Below are positions 12,985 to 26,057 of a DNA stretch of 64,000 nt, one piece after another; within the stretch, counting starts at the first letter, position 1, and every line of letters begins with the position of its first letter. Origin of the DNA: Octopus vulgaris (taxonomy: Eukaryota); assembly GCA_951406725.2 (NCBI GenBank), contig OX597837.1, forward strand, positions 45,818,001 to 45,882,000. The letters are read 5' to 3'. The notes under the pieces are model-generated. The model was given only the letters and a program-made list of their open reading frames with translations. It had not been told where the DNA came from and searched no databases. Position numbers and translations under genes: made by a program.

Positions 12985-13325
12985 ATTCCTTTACTTGTTT
13001 CAGTCATTTTTAGCCGAACAAATCAACCCCTGTACTTACATTAAGCCTTGTAATTATTCCATCGGTTTCTTTTGCGGAAGTGCTAAGTTATGGGGATGTA
13101 AACAAACTAACACCAGTTGTCATGTGGTGGGGGGCGGATGAACACACACACACACACACACACACACAATCACACACACACACTCCAGCATTGGTTACCA
13201 AGCGATGGTGGGGAGTACAAACACAGATGCAAAAATACATACAAATATATAGCTATATCTATATATACAATGGGCTTCTTTCAGTTTCCATCTTCCAAAT
13301 CCACTCACAATGTGGTTGGGAAGCA
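12985..13325 (-). mobile_element. SINE family A, degenerate
   Basis: tttacttgtttcagtcatt...gggcttctttcagtttcc...aaatccactcacaa. Confidence 0.8.
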
Positions 13326-13439
13326 AGCTAGCTAAGGCAATTGGAATGATTACATCAATACTGTCTGAGAAAAATTTGGGAGATAAACCGGGAAATGGCC
13401 ATTAGAAATGGGGAGGTGCTTGAGAGGATTGGCAGTAGC

Positions 13440-13680
13440 AGTATAGAAGTATAATGATTTTGCAAAGACGTTTGAGGTGGGGGGGAGGCATTTGGTAAAG
13501 ACGAGTGATGAGCGACTGCCCAAGCAGCTATTGTATGGTGAGCTGGAAGATGGCAGGAGAGCAGTGCATAAGCCTAAACTAAGGTTTAAGGATTGCCTTA
13601 AAAATGCTTTAATATAGACAGGAGTAGCAGCTGGTAATTGGGAGAGGGAGGCACAAGACCGTGATGGATGGAGGAAGGGT
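13440..13680 (+). mobile_element. RTE (BovB-like) LINE C-terminal relic
   Basis: Manual translation HLVKTSDERLPKQLLYGELEDGRRAVHKPKLRFKDCLKNALI*TGVAAGNWEREAQDRDGWRKG. Confidence 0.85.
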
Positions 13681-14225
13681 TCCAGTTGATCCAATCAATG
13701 GAACAGCCTGCTCATGAAATTAATGTGCAAGTGGCCGAGTACTCCACAGACATGTGTACCCTTAACATAGTTCTCAAGGCATTCCATTGGTTATGATGAT
13801 GAGGGTTCCAGTTGATCCGACCAATGGAACAGTCTGCTCATGGAATTTATGTGCAAGGGGCCGAGTACTCCACAGACACACATACCCTTAATGTAGTTCT
13901 CAGGCAGATTCAGCATGGCACAGAATGTGACAAGGATGGGCCCTTTCAAATACGGGTACAACTCGTTCTCATCAGCTGACTGTACCGGAGCAATGAAATG
14001 CCTTGCTCAAGAGAACAATGCACCACCAGGAATTGAACTCAGAGCCTTACAACTGTAAGCCAAATGCCCTCAGTGGATTCCTCATTTACAGCCAAGTGGA
14101 CTGGAGCAACATGAAATGGAATGTTGAATTCAAGAATACAAACGCGCCACCCAACCTGGGTCTCAAAACCATGATCTTGCAATCATGACTGCAAAACAAA
14201 CCCCAACCATTTTGCCATGCACCTG
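13676..14225 (-). mobile_element. tRNA-derived SINE family D pieces: duplicated ~105-bp tail and two heads
   Basis: agggttccagttgatcc...gtacccttaa..tagttctca is repeated at 13676 and 13802. B-box-like head segments at about 14030 and 14160; related pieces at 20730-20800, 24560-24657 and 26930-27040. Confidence 0.65.
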
Positions 14226-14669
14226 CAGGGATGGAACTGAAGCTGGTTGGCATTGTGGGGAGAAAGGACTGGGCCAGTAGTAGGAGAAATATAGGGGACA
14301 CATTGGATAGGGGTAGGAAGGGCAAGAAGCAGAAAGAGCTCTGGCTGTGGGTCAACAGTGGGAGTGTTTGTGAGTGACTTCATGCCAAGCAGACATGTGG
14401 CCTTTTTCTGTTATACATGTTATACATACACTCTTCAAATGCAACACATAGCTGTATGTGCACACACACACACACATGTATATATATGAGCATACACGGA
14501 TGGACAGATACACAAATATGACACACATAAATGAACACACATATATATATACACGCTTATATACATTATCATTTAGACAGCTACACATGCACACACACAC
14601 ACCAGTGAGCCTAAATACACAACTGAACCCACAAACCCACTTATACACATAAGTTTACATTATACAAAA

Positions 14670-14895
14670 GGCGGCGAGCTGGCAGAAACGTTAGCACGCC
14701 GGGCGAAATGCGTAGCTGTATTTCGTCTGTCGTCACGTTCCGAGTTCAAATTCCGCCGAGGTCGACTTTGCCTTTCATCCTTTCGGGGTCGATAAATTAA
14801 GTACCAGTTACACACTGGGGTCGATATAATCGACTTAATCCGTTCGTCTGTCCTTGTTTGTCCCGTCTGTGTTTAGCCCCTTGTGGGTAGTAAAG

Positions 14896-14898
<3 letters not shown>
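14670..14898 (+). mobile_element. SINE family B (tRNA head plus Nin-type core), young full-length copy
   Basis: ggcggcgagctggcagaaacg...gagttcaaattcc (B box), then gaggtcgactttgcctttcatcctttcggggtcgataaattaagtacc, the Nin-domain-like core. CpGs are well preserved. Confidence 0.9.
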
Positions 14899-14929
<31 letters not shown>

Positions 14930-14933
<4 letters not shown>

Positions 14934-15104
14934 CAAAATAAGCAACAAGGATATCCAAGGTAGAGTAGTACAATTGTTTTATGCTACTTCATTTTATGAT
15001 ATCCTTGTTGCTTATTTTGATTATAATCATCCCATTTGATTTATATGGATAACACCATACAAAATTCTGGTGCCTTTAACTTAAGTACAATATTCATCTG
15101 AATC
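14930..15104. mobile_element. Penelope-like family 4 with inverted 5' arm
   Basis: aatcaaaataagcaacaaggatatc ... gatatccttgttgcttattttgatt inverted repeat plus a unique tail. Homologous to 19946-20160 and 51246-51360; inserted in (TA)n. Confidence 0.7.
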
Positions 15105-15121
15105 TATACATATATACATGC

Positions 15122-15212
<91 letters not shown>

Positions 15213-15258
15213 CTTTATTTAAAGCAGCAGAAATGTTTCATATTTATGTGTTTACTCC

Positions 15259-15260
<2 letters not shown>
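15213..15260 (-). mobile_element. Internally deleted copy of HHR family 5
   Basis: Both termini of 59491-59650 are joined directly (ctttatttaaagcagcagaaa + tgtttcatatttatgtgtttactccgg). Confidence 0.75.
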
Positions 15261-15312
<52 letters not shown>

Positions 15313-15952
15313 ATTATGTATGTATTTATACGTACATATAGCTACTTGACCCATCATGCAATTTTTTTCTTATCTTTCCCAAATAAATAACTTCCTTATG
15401 TCTCAAAGCTCAATGAACGTTTATTAGTCATCCCCTATTCCCCCCAACACACACACGCCACCACCACCACCACCCATTTACCCATTTACACAAATCCTAA
15501 TTTAAATTTTACAATAATTGAACTGCCTATTGGCTATTTCCAATAACTTATAAATGGTTTTATTTCCATACTGTCTTTTTCTTATTGAACTTCACACCTA
15601 CTCTTTAAATAGTTCCTTACTAAAACAAACCCAATCATTATTTTATGGAGAAATTTCTTTTCTTTTTTCCCCCTATTCATCACAAATTTATTTTTATGTG
15701 TTTATGTCATGTCTTTTGTTATAGTTTTTTTCTGTAATTATTGATTTGCTGGCTTTTGTGTTTCGGCAACAACTCCAGAATATATACAACACATACACAC
15801 ATCACAAATCCAATATAACAAAATTAATATCTAACACCTATATAACACCTAATATACATATATATATATATATATTATCATGTGTACTTAAATCTCTTTC
15901 ACATTTCTGTGATGACTTTTAGTAGCTGAAACATAGTGTGTATATATATATA

Positions 15953-16256
15953 CTAGCAGTATCGCCCGGCATTGCTCGGGTTTGTAAGGGAAAAGACTAT
16001 ATAAGCATTTTTAGAGAGTTACTTCACTTATATAAACCGGGCGAAAATGCATTAAAAATGCGGAAAAATTATGGTAATTTTTTTTTTAAATCGTAGACTC
16101 ATTGTAGACGCGTGCTAATACCCAGAAGGGCTCGATATGAATCACGACTATAAGATACTCGCTTTTGGTTAAACTGCACCGCAAAATGTGGGAGTAGTTA
16201 GGAATCTAAATCGGAGTAGACAGACACACACACAACTACATTTTTATATATAAAGA
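15953..16256 (-). mobile_element. Non-autonomous Helitron
   Basis: Minus strand reads A|TCtttatatata ... cccgagcaatgccggg hairpin ... CTAG|T, with no TSD. Confidence 0.8.
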
Positions 16257-16580
16257 TATATATATATATATGTATATATAGTAATGATGAAAATTTTTTG
16301 GATAGAACTGTATATATTTTATTAATGCATAGCTACATATGTTTCTGCATAACAGATGTTTGTTTGAGACGATATTCTCACATGCAGAGTTCTGGCATAC
16401 ATAACTATCCCATAAGATTACTCTGGAAGATGGGAATAAAAGCAGAAGCCAACAACAAGCAGCAGAGGAGCTTTTATGAGAACACTCAGAGGCATATGTA
16501 TCCTTTACAAATTGAAAGGATACATAGATATTTATGTACACATGATATATATATATATATACATACACACACACACACAC

Positions 16581-16764
16581 TAGATCGGTAGCCACTATAC
16601 ACATTTCTTTTTTCTCCTTGTTTCCTTCTGTGTCCCTTTCTGTGGAAGAGCGTAGGCTCAAAACGTAAAAGACTTTTTCAATTCCTGAGCGTTATACTAA
16701 TACATCTGTTTGTTTTCTACACCACCTGTCTTCGTCTTTTGTTTTTTCTTCGTAAACTCCCCCT
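16581..16764 (+). mobile_element. HHR family 2 copy (G12 mutated)
   Basis: cttt-CTGTGGA-A-GAGC-gtag-GCTC-AAAAC-GTA-aaag at 16636-16671. Confidence 0.75.
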
Positions 16765-16792
16765 ATATATATACATATACATATACACATAT

Positions 16793-16829
<37 letters not shown>

Positions 16830-17329
16830 TAATTTATCATCGATACTAAATCTCTTTTACATTTCTCTGAAGACGACTGTTAGAAAAATTTTAGTCAGAG
16901 AAACCTGTTATATTCTGCATTTCATTGGATTAAAAAAAAAAAATACAACCAAGAGTTGACAGTCGAATTTACAAATTTCACTCACCACCACCACCTCTCC
17001 CTTTCCATACCTACATCTCTCCTCCCTCCCTCTCATCCCCTCCCATCTCCTTAATTCAACTCATCCCATGGAAGTGTTACAGACAAGCTAAGTAACGGAG
17101 AAACAAGCAGAATTATTTTAAGATGCCAAAGAGCTGAAGCCATTTCGCACTCTTTGATGGAAAAGAGAAGCTGACTACAAGAAAGTCAAAAAGGGTGATT
17201 TAAGGATGCTCCTTATTACTGTTCAGCTGAATATGGCAAAATAATTCTCCTCACAAGAAGCCCATCTTTCACATAATTATACCATAGATATTTTTATTCA
17301 ATTATATTTTTGATAAGGCAAAAAAATGC

Positions 17330-17557
17330 TTAACCCTTTTGTTACTAACCCGGCCAAAACCCGCTCTGGCTCTGTGGTAAAATGTCTTGTTTTCATAAGT
17401 TTTGAATTAAAATATTCCACCAAACTTTAGTCACAATTTATGTTCCAAACACTAGCTTAATGATAACGAAGCTATTTTACTAAATTCTTTGTTATATTTA
17501 AAGTAATTGAAAGAAATACAGAGCATCTCAAAATAAATACAGTAATGAAAGGGTTAA
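17330..17557 (+). mobile_element. piggyBac-type MITE, family 1
   Basis: TTAA-CCCTTTtGTTAC ... GTAAtGAAAGGG-TTAA; three copies in the window. Confidence 0.9.
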
Positions 17558-17960
17558 ACAATAAGCAATTATTTGACATCTAAATTTTGAAGAGTTATTT
17601 TTGATTGACTTCAGGTGGGAAGTTTGATGGGATATATAATCCAAAAAGGAGGTGGAAATTCAAAAAAAGTTTAGGAAATACTGATATGGCTTAGCTGGAC
17701 AAAACTTCAAAGTCACTATCAACAACATTGTTGTATAAAAATAATAAATTTATACTCCACAAAAGTATAGAATAAAGCCATCAGATTAATGTAAAATTGC
17801 TTTCATCATAACTCAACATAAAAACAAATGTTAATATAAAATGCTCAGACACTTACTGCGAAGATGTATATAGGGGTTCACTTAAAGACTGCTGTTTCCT
17901 TGAGATTGAATATTTTGTAGTAATTCTGTAAAAAAATTAAACAAATATTGAGAGATATAC

Positions 17961-18103
17961 CATCATCATCATCATCGTTTGACGTCCGCTTTCCATGCTA
18001 GCATGGGGTGGACGGTTTGACTCTGGGCTGGCAAACCAGATGGCTGCACCAGGTCAATCTTGATCTGGCAGAGTTTCTACAGCTGGATGCCCTTCCTAAC
18101 GCC
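17961..18103 (-). mobile_element. RTE-1 tail fragment
   Basis: (CAT)n followed by gtttgacgtccgctttccatgctagcatgg...gcccttcctaacgcca. Confidence 0.85.
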
Positions 18104-19137
18104 ATATAAACTGAAATTATTACAAGAAATGCAATGAAAGTGAGCCCTGTCCAACTCACTCCTTCCCCAAGAAAAATTCTGGAGACAGACCAGGGAAATA
18201 AATCCGAAATATCAAAGCTCGCTGCCTTACCATATTTAATAATTATTTACAGCTTAAATACAAGACCAACAATTCTGAAAAGACAGGGTTTATCAATGCA
18301 GGGTTCCAGTACTTGATTGGTACTTTATTTAATCAATTCCAAAAGGCTGAATGACAAAATGCACGAGTCTCCCATATTCAAATGGCTCAAAAGTTTCTGC
18401 AAAAGGGCACCCAGATGTCATAACCTGGGTGCAGCCATTTCCCCTTAGAGTATAAGAAGTTAAGGGCCGGGACACTTACTTAAGGTGGGGGTTTCATCTC
18501 TCAAGATCTTCTGCTGTTCAACTCCCTTGAGAATTGCTTACTATTTATTCACATTGAAATGATGAAAGTTGAACTCAGCAGGAATTGAACTCACCGCAAA
18601 AAGATTTGGAACAAATTCTGCAAAGCATCTTACCCAACACGCTAACATCTCTGCCAGCCAACAAGAATCAAACAAAGAAAAGAGATAAAGAAATACGATA
18701 TGACAGGATGGGAAGAAAGTAAGACACACAGGAAAAGACAAAAAAAAAACATAGAACAAAAATAATTATATAACAAAAGCAAAAATCTCGGATACATCAC
18801 ACACACACACATACATATATGCTCTCTGTCATTCTCAAGCACACATACACACACAACATGAATCATACAGACACACATACATGCATGCAAACCTCTTCTG
18901 CTATTGTGTATAGCAGCTGATGTAATTTCCGATCTGTGAATGGTTAATTACACAATAATTAAGTGATATAATTGAATTCTTATTTGTTAAATGATCGATC
19001 TAGAAAACTCTGTCGGTTTCAGATTGTTTTATTTTAGCTTAGTTTATTTCAAGAGGTTACGATGAGAATCGCTTCTTTACAGACATTCCTTTATTAAAAT
19101 GCATAAATACACACACACACACACACACACATATATA

Positions 19138-19180
<43 letters not shown>

Positions 19181-19182
<2 letters not shown>

Positions 19183-19368
19183 TCTTTACTTGTTTCAGTC
19201 ATTTGACTGTGCATGTGGAGCGCCACTTTTAGTCGAGCAATTCGACCCGGGACTTATTCTTTGTAAGCCCAGTACTTATTCTATTGGTCTCTTTGCCGAA
19301 CCGCTAAGTGACGAGGACGTAAACACACCAGCATCGGTTGTCAAGCAATGCTAGGGAGACAAACACAA

Positions 19369-19399
<31 letters not shown>

Positions 19400-19551
19400 C
19401 ATATATACGACAGGCTTCTTTCAGTTTCTGTCTACCAAATCCACTCACAAGGCATTGGTCGGACCGGGCATAGCAGAAGATACTTGCCCAAGATGCCACA
19501 TAGTGGGACTGAACCTGGAACGATGTGGTTGGTTAGCAAGTTATTACTCCT

Positions 19552-19552
<1 letters not shown>
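19181..19552 (-). mobile_element. SINE family A
   Basis: Full-length reverse-complement match, inserted in (TA)n. Confidence 0.9.
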
Positions 19553-19586
<34 letters not shown>

Positions 19587-19589
<3 letters not shown>

Positions 19590-19929
19590 TATATTTGAGA
19601 GATGAGGAATTATGTACATTATTTACATTCGATGGATATTTGTCCTCATCTTGTTTGTTGTTAATACAATGTTTCAGCTGATATACCCTCCAGCCTTCAT
19701 CAGGTGTCTTGGGCAAATTTCAAACCTGGGTTCACATTCCTACATTTTCAAAGTAATTATTATTATTATTATCAATATTCAGGTCACTGCCTGGAATTGA
19801 ACTCGGAATCTTAGGGTTAGTAGCCAACGCTTTTAACCACTATACCATATACCCATGGGTTAAGAACACTGGCTACTAACCCCAAGATTCCAACTTCAAT
19901 TCCAGGCAGTGACCTGAATAATAATAATA
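19587..19929 (-). mobile_element. HHR family 1: tRNA-like head, hammerhead and tail, with an inverted second head
   Basis: Minus strand: gggtatatggtatagtgg (A box)...ggctACTaacc...gagttcaattcc (B box), then gacac-CTGATGA-A-GGCTG..CAGCT-GAAAC-ATT-gtatt (19663-19708). Inverted head copy at 19857-19920. Confidence 0.8.
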
Positions 19930-19945
19930 TATATATAAATATATT

Positions 19946-20160
19946 TAATCAAAATAAGCAACAAGGATATCCGGAGGTAATGCAGTACGATCGTTTCATG
20001 CAACTCCATGAAACGATCGTACTGCATTACCTCTGGATATCCTTGTTGCTTATTTTGATTACAATCACCCCATTTTGAATTATATGTGTAATACCATAGT
20101 AAATTCTGGTGCCTTTAACTTAAGTACCACATTCAACTGAGTCTAAATTTTACTGACCCT
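19946..20160. mobile_element. Penelope-like family 4: 55-bp near-perfect hairpin plus tail
   Basis: Arms 19946-20000 and 20007-20061, one G-T pair, 6-nt loop. Each arm contains GAAAC-GATC-GTA, the 3' half of an HHR. Confidence 0.8.
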
Positions 20161-20162
20161 AT

Positions 20163-20727
20163 ATCATCGTCATCATCGTTTAACATCTGCTTTCCATGCT
20201 AGCATGGGTTGGACGGTTCAACTGGGGTCTGGGAAGCCAGGAGGCCGCACCAGGCTCCAATCTGATCTAGCAGTGTTTCTACAGCTGGATGCCCTTCCTA
20301 ATGCCAACCACTCCGTGCATGTAGTGGGTGCTTTTTACATGTCACCGGCACAGGTGCCAGGCAAGGCTGGCAATGGCCATGATCGGTTGGTGCTTTTTAT
20401 GTGCCACCGGCATGGAGGCCAGTCGAGGCGGTACTGGCAACGGCTACGTTCGGATGGTTCTTTTACGTGCCACAGGCACTGGTATCGCAACTACAATTTC
20501 CATTGATTTTTGATTGATTTCAATTTCAATTTTGATTTCACTTGCCTCAACAGGTCTTCGCAAGCAGAGTTTTGTGTCACAAGAAGGAAAAGTATGCATA
20601 AGTGGACTGGCTACATTCCAAGTAGAGGCCACGGGTTATGGTCTCACTTGTCCTGCCGGGTCTTCTCATGCACAGCATACTTCAAAAGGTCTCGGTCACT
20701 AGTCATTGCCTCGATGAGACCTAATTT
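20163..20727 (-). mobile_element. RTE-1 ORF end plus 3' UTR with ~60-bp internal repeats
   Basis: Homologous to 1630-2040 (gaggcaatgactagtgaccgagacc...). Repeated ggtgctttt(t)acgtgccaccggca units. Confidence 0.85.
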
Positions 20728-20809
20728 TTAGCAAGTGGCTGAGTACTCCATAGACATGCATACCCTTAACATAGATCTCAGGGAAATTCTACATGACACA
20801 GAGTAGAAT

Positions 20810-21140
20810 TCAGCTGTACAACAATGTCCAGCAAACTGGACTCTCTTACCTTTCACAAGAGATGATACAGGTGGTAGTTTCCCATATATTTGTACTTTGG
20901 TTGGATGGCGCTTCCATGAGAGATTTTGAGCTCTCATAAGGAGGCGAGTGTAGGTTCCATCAAACCGCCTCTCAAGCTTCTTTGACAACATCCAGGTTTC
21001 TGAGCCATATAGTAGAATTGGTTCGACTGTGGCTTTGAAGATTTCAAGTTTGAAGTCTCTACTTAGATTTAATGACCAGATCTTATGCATGTCATTACAG
21101 GCTGACCAGGCCATAGCCTTTCTAGTTAGAAAATCTTCAG
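20810..21140 (-). mobile_element. RTE-clade LINE family RTE-2, internal fragment
   Basis: EDFLTRKAMAWSACNDMHKIW...ATVEPILLYGSETW...RVQFAGHC; nearly identical to 59270-59473. Confidence 0.88.
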
Positions 21141-21976
21141 CAATGGCAGGGCAGAAGATACTCGTCTGAGATGTCACACTGTAGAATCAAACACTGAACT
21201 ATGAGGTTGTGAAACGACCTCCTTAACCAAGAAGCCATTGTCTTGCGTTTATACGAAGGAAACAGTTTTGCACTCATTAGAAATATTAATCAAAGACAGG
21301 AAAATTGAAACACATCAAAGAATTACGATTCTTATTGTTGTTGTTACTGTTGTTGATGTTATTACTACTGTCTTTAATTTTATTATTTTCTTCATCTTGT
21401 TTCGTTAAGTCATTTTTTTTTTGTCATCTTTTCTTTGTATTTGTTTTTTTTTTCTTTAACCAGAGGGAATTATGGGATTATATCGTTACATGATATTTTG
21501 AATTAAAAATAAAATAAATATATATTTTTAGAAACGAAAAAAAACGTTAACAACAAGAAGAATTGTAATTCTTTTTTAGCTGCTACTTTAAAAGATATGG
21601 CAAAAACTTTAAAAAATATAACGAATTGAATAATAATTTAATGAAATAATGATTTGGTGTATTACTACATTGCAAGTTTTTAATTTTTTCAATAAATTTT
21701 TTTTTAACTTAAAATTCTAATACTGCTGTAGTTTTATCATCATTCCTGTTGTTGTCGTTATAGGACTTTTACCTAATTATTTTATATTAATTTTACAGTT
21801 TTTTTTTTCTTGTTATCTCTCATCATCATTTCAGAGGTGGTGGGGAGGGCAATACTTTTTTTCCCATACTTGCTCTGTTTTTTTTTTATTTTTTTATTTT
21901 TCTCTATTTAAAGATTGACATTTCAGAAATGTCATTATCTAGAAAACAAAAATTTTATATATATATATGCATACAT

Positions 21977-22025
<49 letters not shown>

Positions 22026-22103
22026 TATGTACAAAGATATATCGATAGATATAGATATATGTATAAATACTTATATTTATAGTTATAAATAGATATACAC
22101 ACT

Positions 22104-22144
<41 letters not shown>

Positions 22145-22312
22145 GGCTTCATTGTTGAGAAGTTTACCGTGGAAGCGCATAGCTAGAAGTTCAATCCTAG
22201 TCTGTGAATGCTGTCAGCTGACTTTCTATACTATGTTACTAGACCTGTGGACTGACCAATATCTTGAGAGTGAAATTAGTAGACAGAAAGTGAAAAGCCT
22301 ACTCTGAGTGTG

Positions 22313-22346
<34 letters not shown>

Positions 22347-22939
22347 CGAGTGAGTTCATATCTTCCCTCCTCTTTGCATTTGCTCACTGCAATCAACTGC
22401 CTCACTGCTCATCACACAGACTGCATCCTTTGCATGCATTCTGCTGCGCATTTGCCATGTCTTGACATGTGCAATTTTTGTGAAGAAAAAGATCCTTCAA
22501 ACAGTATCATTTATTTCCAGTTCTCTGCCAAACTACATCGGTGTTGTTCATTATTCTGAAGACTAAGGCACTTTTTTGTTTCTTTACAAACAAGATAGGG
22601 TCAGCAGCAGGAAGAGCATCCAACCATAAAATCTCTGCTCTGATGTTGCCTCATCCAACCACATGAAACACAAAAATGTGGCTGTTAAAATGGTGATGAT
22701 GATGATGATACAACACCACCAGTGCCACCTCCACCACCACCACCACCATCTTCGTTTAACGTCCACTTTCCTATGTTGCATGGGTCTGAGGGTATTTTCT
22801 GAGGCAGAATTTCTACAGATGGGTACCCTTCCTGTCACCAACCCTCACCTCTTTCCTAATACATATGATGCTCCAGCATGGCCACAGTCAAATGACTGAA
22901 ACAAGTAAATAAATAAAAGAAAATATATTCATATACACA

Positions 22940-23300
22940 ACGGGCTTCTTTCAGTTTCTATATTTAAGAGATGAGGAATTATGTACATTATTTACATTAT
23001 TTACATTCGACGGATATTTGTCCTCATCTTATTCGCTGTTAACATGTTTCAGCTGATATACCCTCCAGCCTTCATCAGGTGTCTTAGGGAAATTTCGAAC
23101 CTGGGTTCTCATTCCTAAGGCATCTGTCAAATGTAAATAATGTAAATAAGGGCTTCTTTCAGTTTCTACTTTCCAAATCCACTCACAAGGCTTTGGTTGA
23201 ACTGGGGCTATAGTAGAAGATGCTTACACAAGGTACCATGCAGTAAGACTGAACCTGGAACTACGTGCTTCAGAAGCAAACTTGACCATATGGCTCATGC
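22940..23300 (-). mobile_element. SINE family A head half, interrupted by HHR family 1
   Basis: gggcttctttcagtttc ... aaatccactcacaaggc ... gactgaacctggaac. Confidence 0.8.
22961..23149 (-). mobile_element. HHR family 1 copy flanked by a 19-bp direct repeat
   Basis: HHR core at 23041-23083 (cleavage triplet region deleted), inverted tail piece at 23121-23149. Flanking gggcttctttcagtttcta at 22942-22960 and 23150-23168. Confidence 0.8.
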
Positions 23301-23479
23301 CTATCTATGAATGTAAAAACCTATGCATTCCCAAGTCTGGTTGTCTGGAATTGATTCTAGGCTATGTTGGTGAAAACCAGAAATCCTGACCACTAGACAA
23401 CAAGGAATACAGACATACATGCAAGTATGCATACATGCATACACACATACCTACATACATACATACTTTTTTTGTTTTC

Positions 23480-23780
23480 CTTTATTCGCCCATTTCAAGC
23501 CTAGCCAGGCTCATGGGCCCGGTTTCTATGGCGTATGTGTTCCTCCCAGCTGGATGGGGCACCAGTCCATCGCACTGTTACTCAAGAAACAGGAAGAGAG
23601 AGTGAGAGAAAGTTTGGGCGAAAGGGTACAACAGGGGTCACCACCACCACCTGCCGGAGCCTCGTGGAGCTTTAGGCATTTTTGCTCAATAAACACACAT
23701 ACATTGCCCGGTCTGGGAATCAAAACCTTGATCCTCCGACCGCGAGTCCGTTGCCCTAACCACTGGGCCATTGCGCTTCT
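23480..23780 (-). mobile_element. SINE family C (tRNA-Arg-like head), tail variant 1
   Basis: Head gcgcaatggcccagtggttagggcaacggacTCGcggtc is shared with 56134; body contains gcgatggactggtgccccatccag. Confidence 0.85.
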
Positions 23781-24851
23781 ACACATACATACATACATGC
23801 ATACGTAGACACACACACAGAATCTAATCTGTAAAGTGGTTGGCATTCGGAAGAGCATCCAGCTGAAAAAAAACCATGCTAAAATAGACAATTGGAGCTG
23901 ACTGCAGTCCTCTGGCTCGTCAAACTGTCAAACCCATGCCAGCAAGGAAAAGAGATGGTAAATGATAACAATGATGATGATGGGGGTCAATTTATTTGAC
24001 GTAACCTTTCAAGGCAGTGCCCCAGCATGGTCACAGTGTAATGACTGACACAAGTAAAAGGATAAAGATATTGCTAAAAGGGGTCAATAATGTATGCGGA
24101 GAGAAAGCAATTAAAAGAATAAACGCCGGTCAATAATAATACAATGTTACACCATGGCTTTATACTCTGACCCTGTACTAAGGCCCTATGCTGTGACCCC
24201 ATACTAACCAATAATATTACCAAACTATAAACCATTGCTAACACAACAATAATTCTCCAATGACCCAATACGAAATCAATAAAACGATCATAGCCTTAAG
24301 AGAAATCTATCGTAAGAAATCAATACATTAACATGGTTCATTAGTTTTTATATTTAAACCTAATTCTTAGCAATCTTTTGCTCATCTTCTCTCTCTCTCT
24401 CTCTTTCTATCTCTTTATCTCTCTCTCTCTCTCTCTCTCTTTGGTCAACTTCATTCCTTTATTTAGACTCTACCGTTTTTCAACTTCATTCATATAACTA
24501 TTTAATCCTTATATCCATTCCTTTATTTTGACAATGTCATTTATTCCCATCTATTTACAGCGGAGACACATGGCTTAGTGGTTAGGGTGTTCAACTCATT
24601 ATCATAAGACTGTGGTTTCAATTCCTGGACTGGACAATGCATTGTGTTCTTGAGCATTGAAGTATACGAAGGAGAATACATTTTAGATTGAAAAAGAACT
24701 CTGCTTTATCTTAATTTTGAAAAATAAAAGAAGTATAAAAAAAAACCCATATTATTTATGGGATGACCCAACAGAAGACACCTGGCCAAGGTTCCACACA
24801 GTGGGACTGAACTCAGAACCAAGCGGTTGGGAAGTAGCATGCATGTATATT

Positions 24852-25055
24852 TATTTCTTTATTGCCCACAAGGGGCTAAACATAGAGGGGACAAACAAGG
24901 ACAGACAAAGAGATAAAGTCAATTAAATCGACCCCAGTACGTAACTGGTACTTATTTAATCGACCCCGAAAGGATGAAAGGCAAAGTCGACCTCGGCGGA
25001 ATTTGAACTCAGAATGTAACAGCAGACGAAATACCGCTGGGCAGTTCGCCCGGCC
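24852..25055 (-). mobile_element. SINE family B
   Basis: Reverse complement of 14700-14898. Confidence 0.88.
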
Positions 25056-25077
25056 TGAATACATGCATGTATATTGA

Positions 25078-25277
25078 AATCAGTCAGACCTTGCCCAAAT
25101 ATTCCACCTGCTTTCTGTTTTCAAATTGGCAAGATCCAGCCTCTTCCTACGCATCTACCAAACAATATTCTTCTATAAATAAACAACCACATCACTGAAA
25201 CCTCGTAGTTACAAGATAAATGCATGATTAATTCAAAACAATGCGAATAAATGATAAAACATTCCATTTGACATAGG
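25078..25277 (-). mobile_element. Degenerate piggyBac MITE family 2 without termini
   Basis: gcatgattaattcaaaacaatgcgaataaa matches the reverse complement of 35533-35565. Confidence 0.6.
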
Positions 25278-25617
25278 ATGGGAGGCAAGAAGCAGAAAAC
25301 TGCTGGCGAAAAAAGAAAAAAAATGCCTTCCAAAATTTGTTCCAATGCTTTGCACAAATTGCTGGCCTTGTGCCAAAATTAGAAACAACGATTATTATTG
25401 GTGTTGCTGTTGTTGTTGTTACTATTATCAATGTATTTTACAACTTGTTGCAAAGTTGTTTTTGTTTCTTTTTTGTTGTTGGTTTCGTTGTCGTTCCGTT
25501 ATTTTAATTTAATGTCAGTTGTCTAATTTATTAATCTTAATTTTAATTAATTTCTCTTAATGAACTCAAGAGGAATAATGAATAAATATATATATAAACG
25601 AAAAATAGCAATAAAAG

Positions 25618-26057
<440 letters not shown>

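Noticed and set aside
19780-19853. tRNA-like sequences here and in the SINE heads as real tRNA genes
   Set aside because: Acceptor and T stems are imperfect and each is embedded in a dispersed repeat; annotated as element heads instead.
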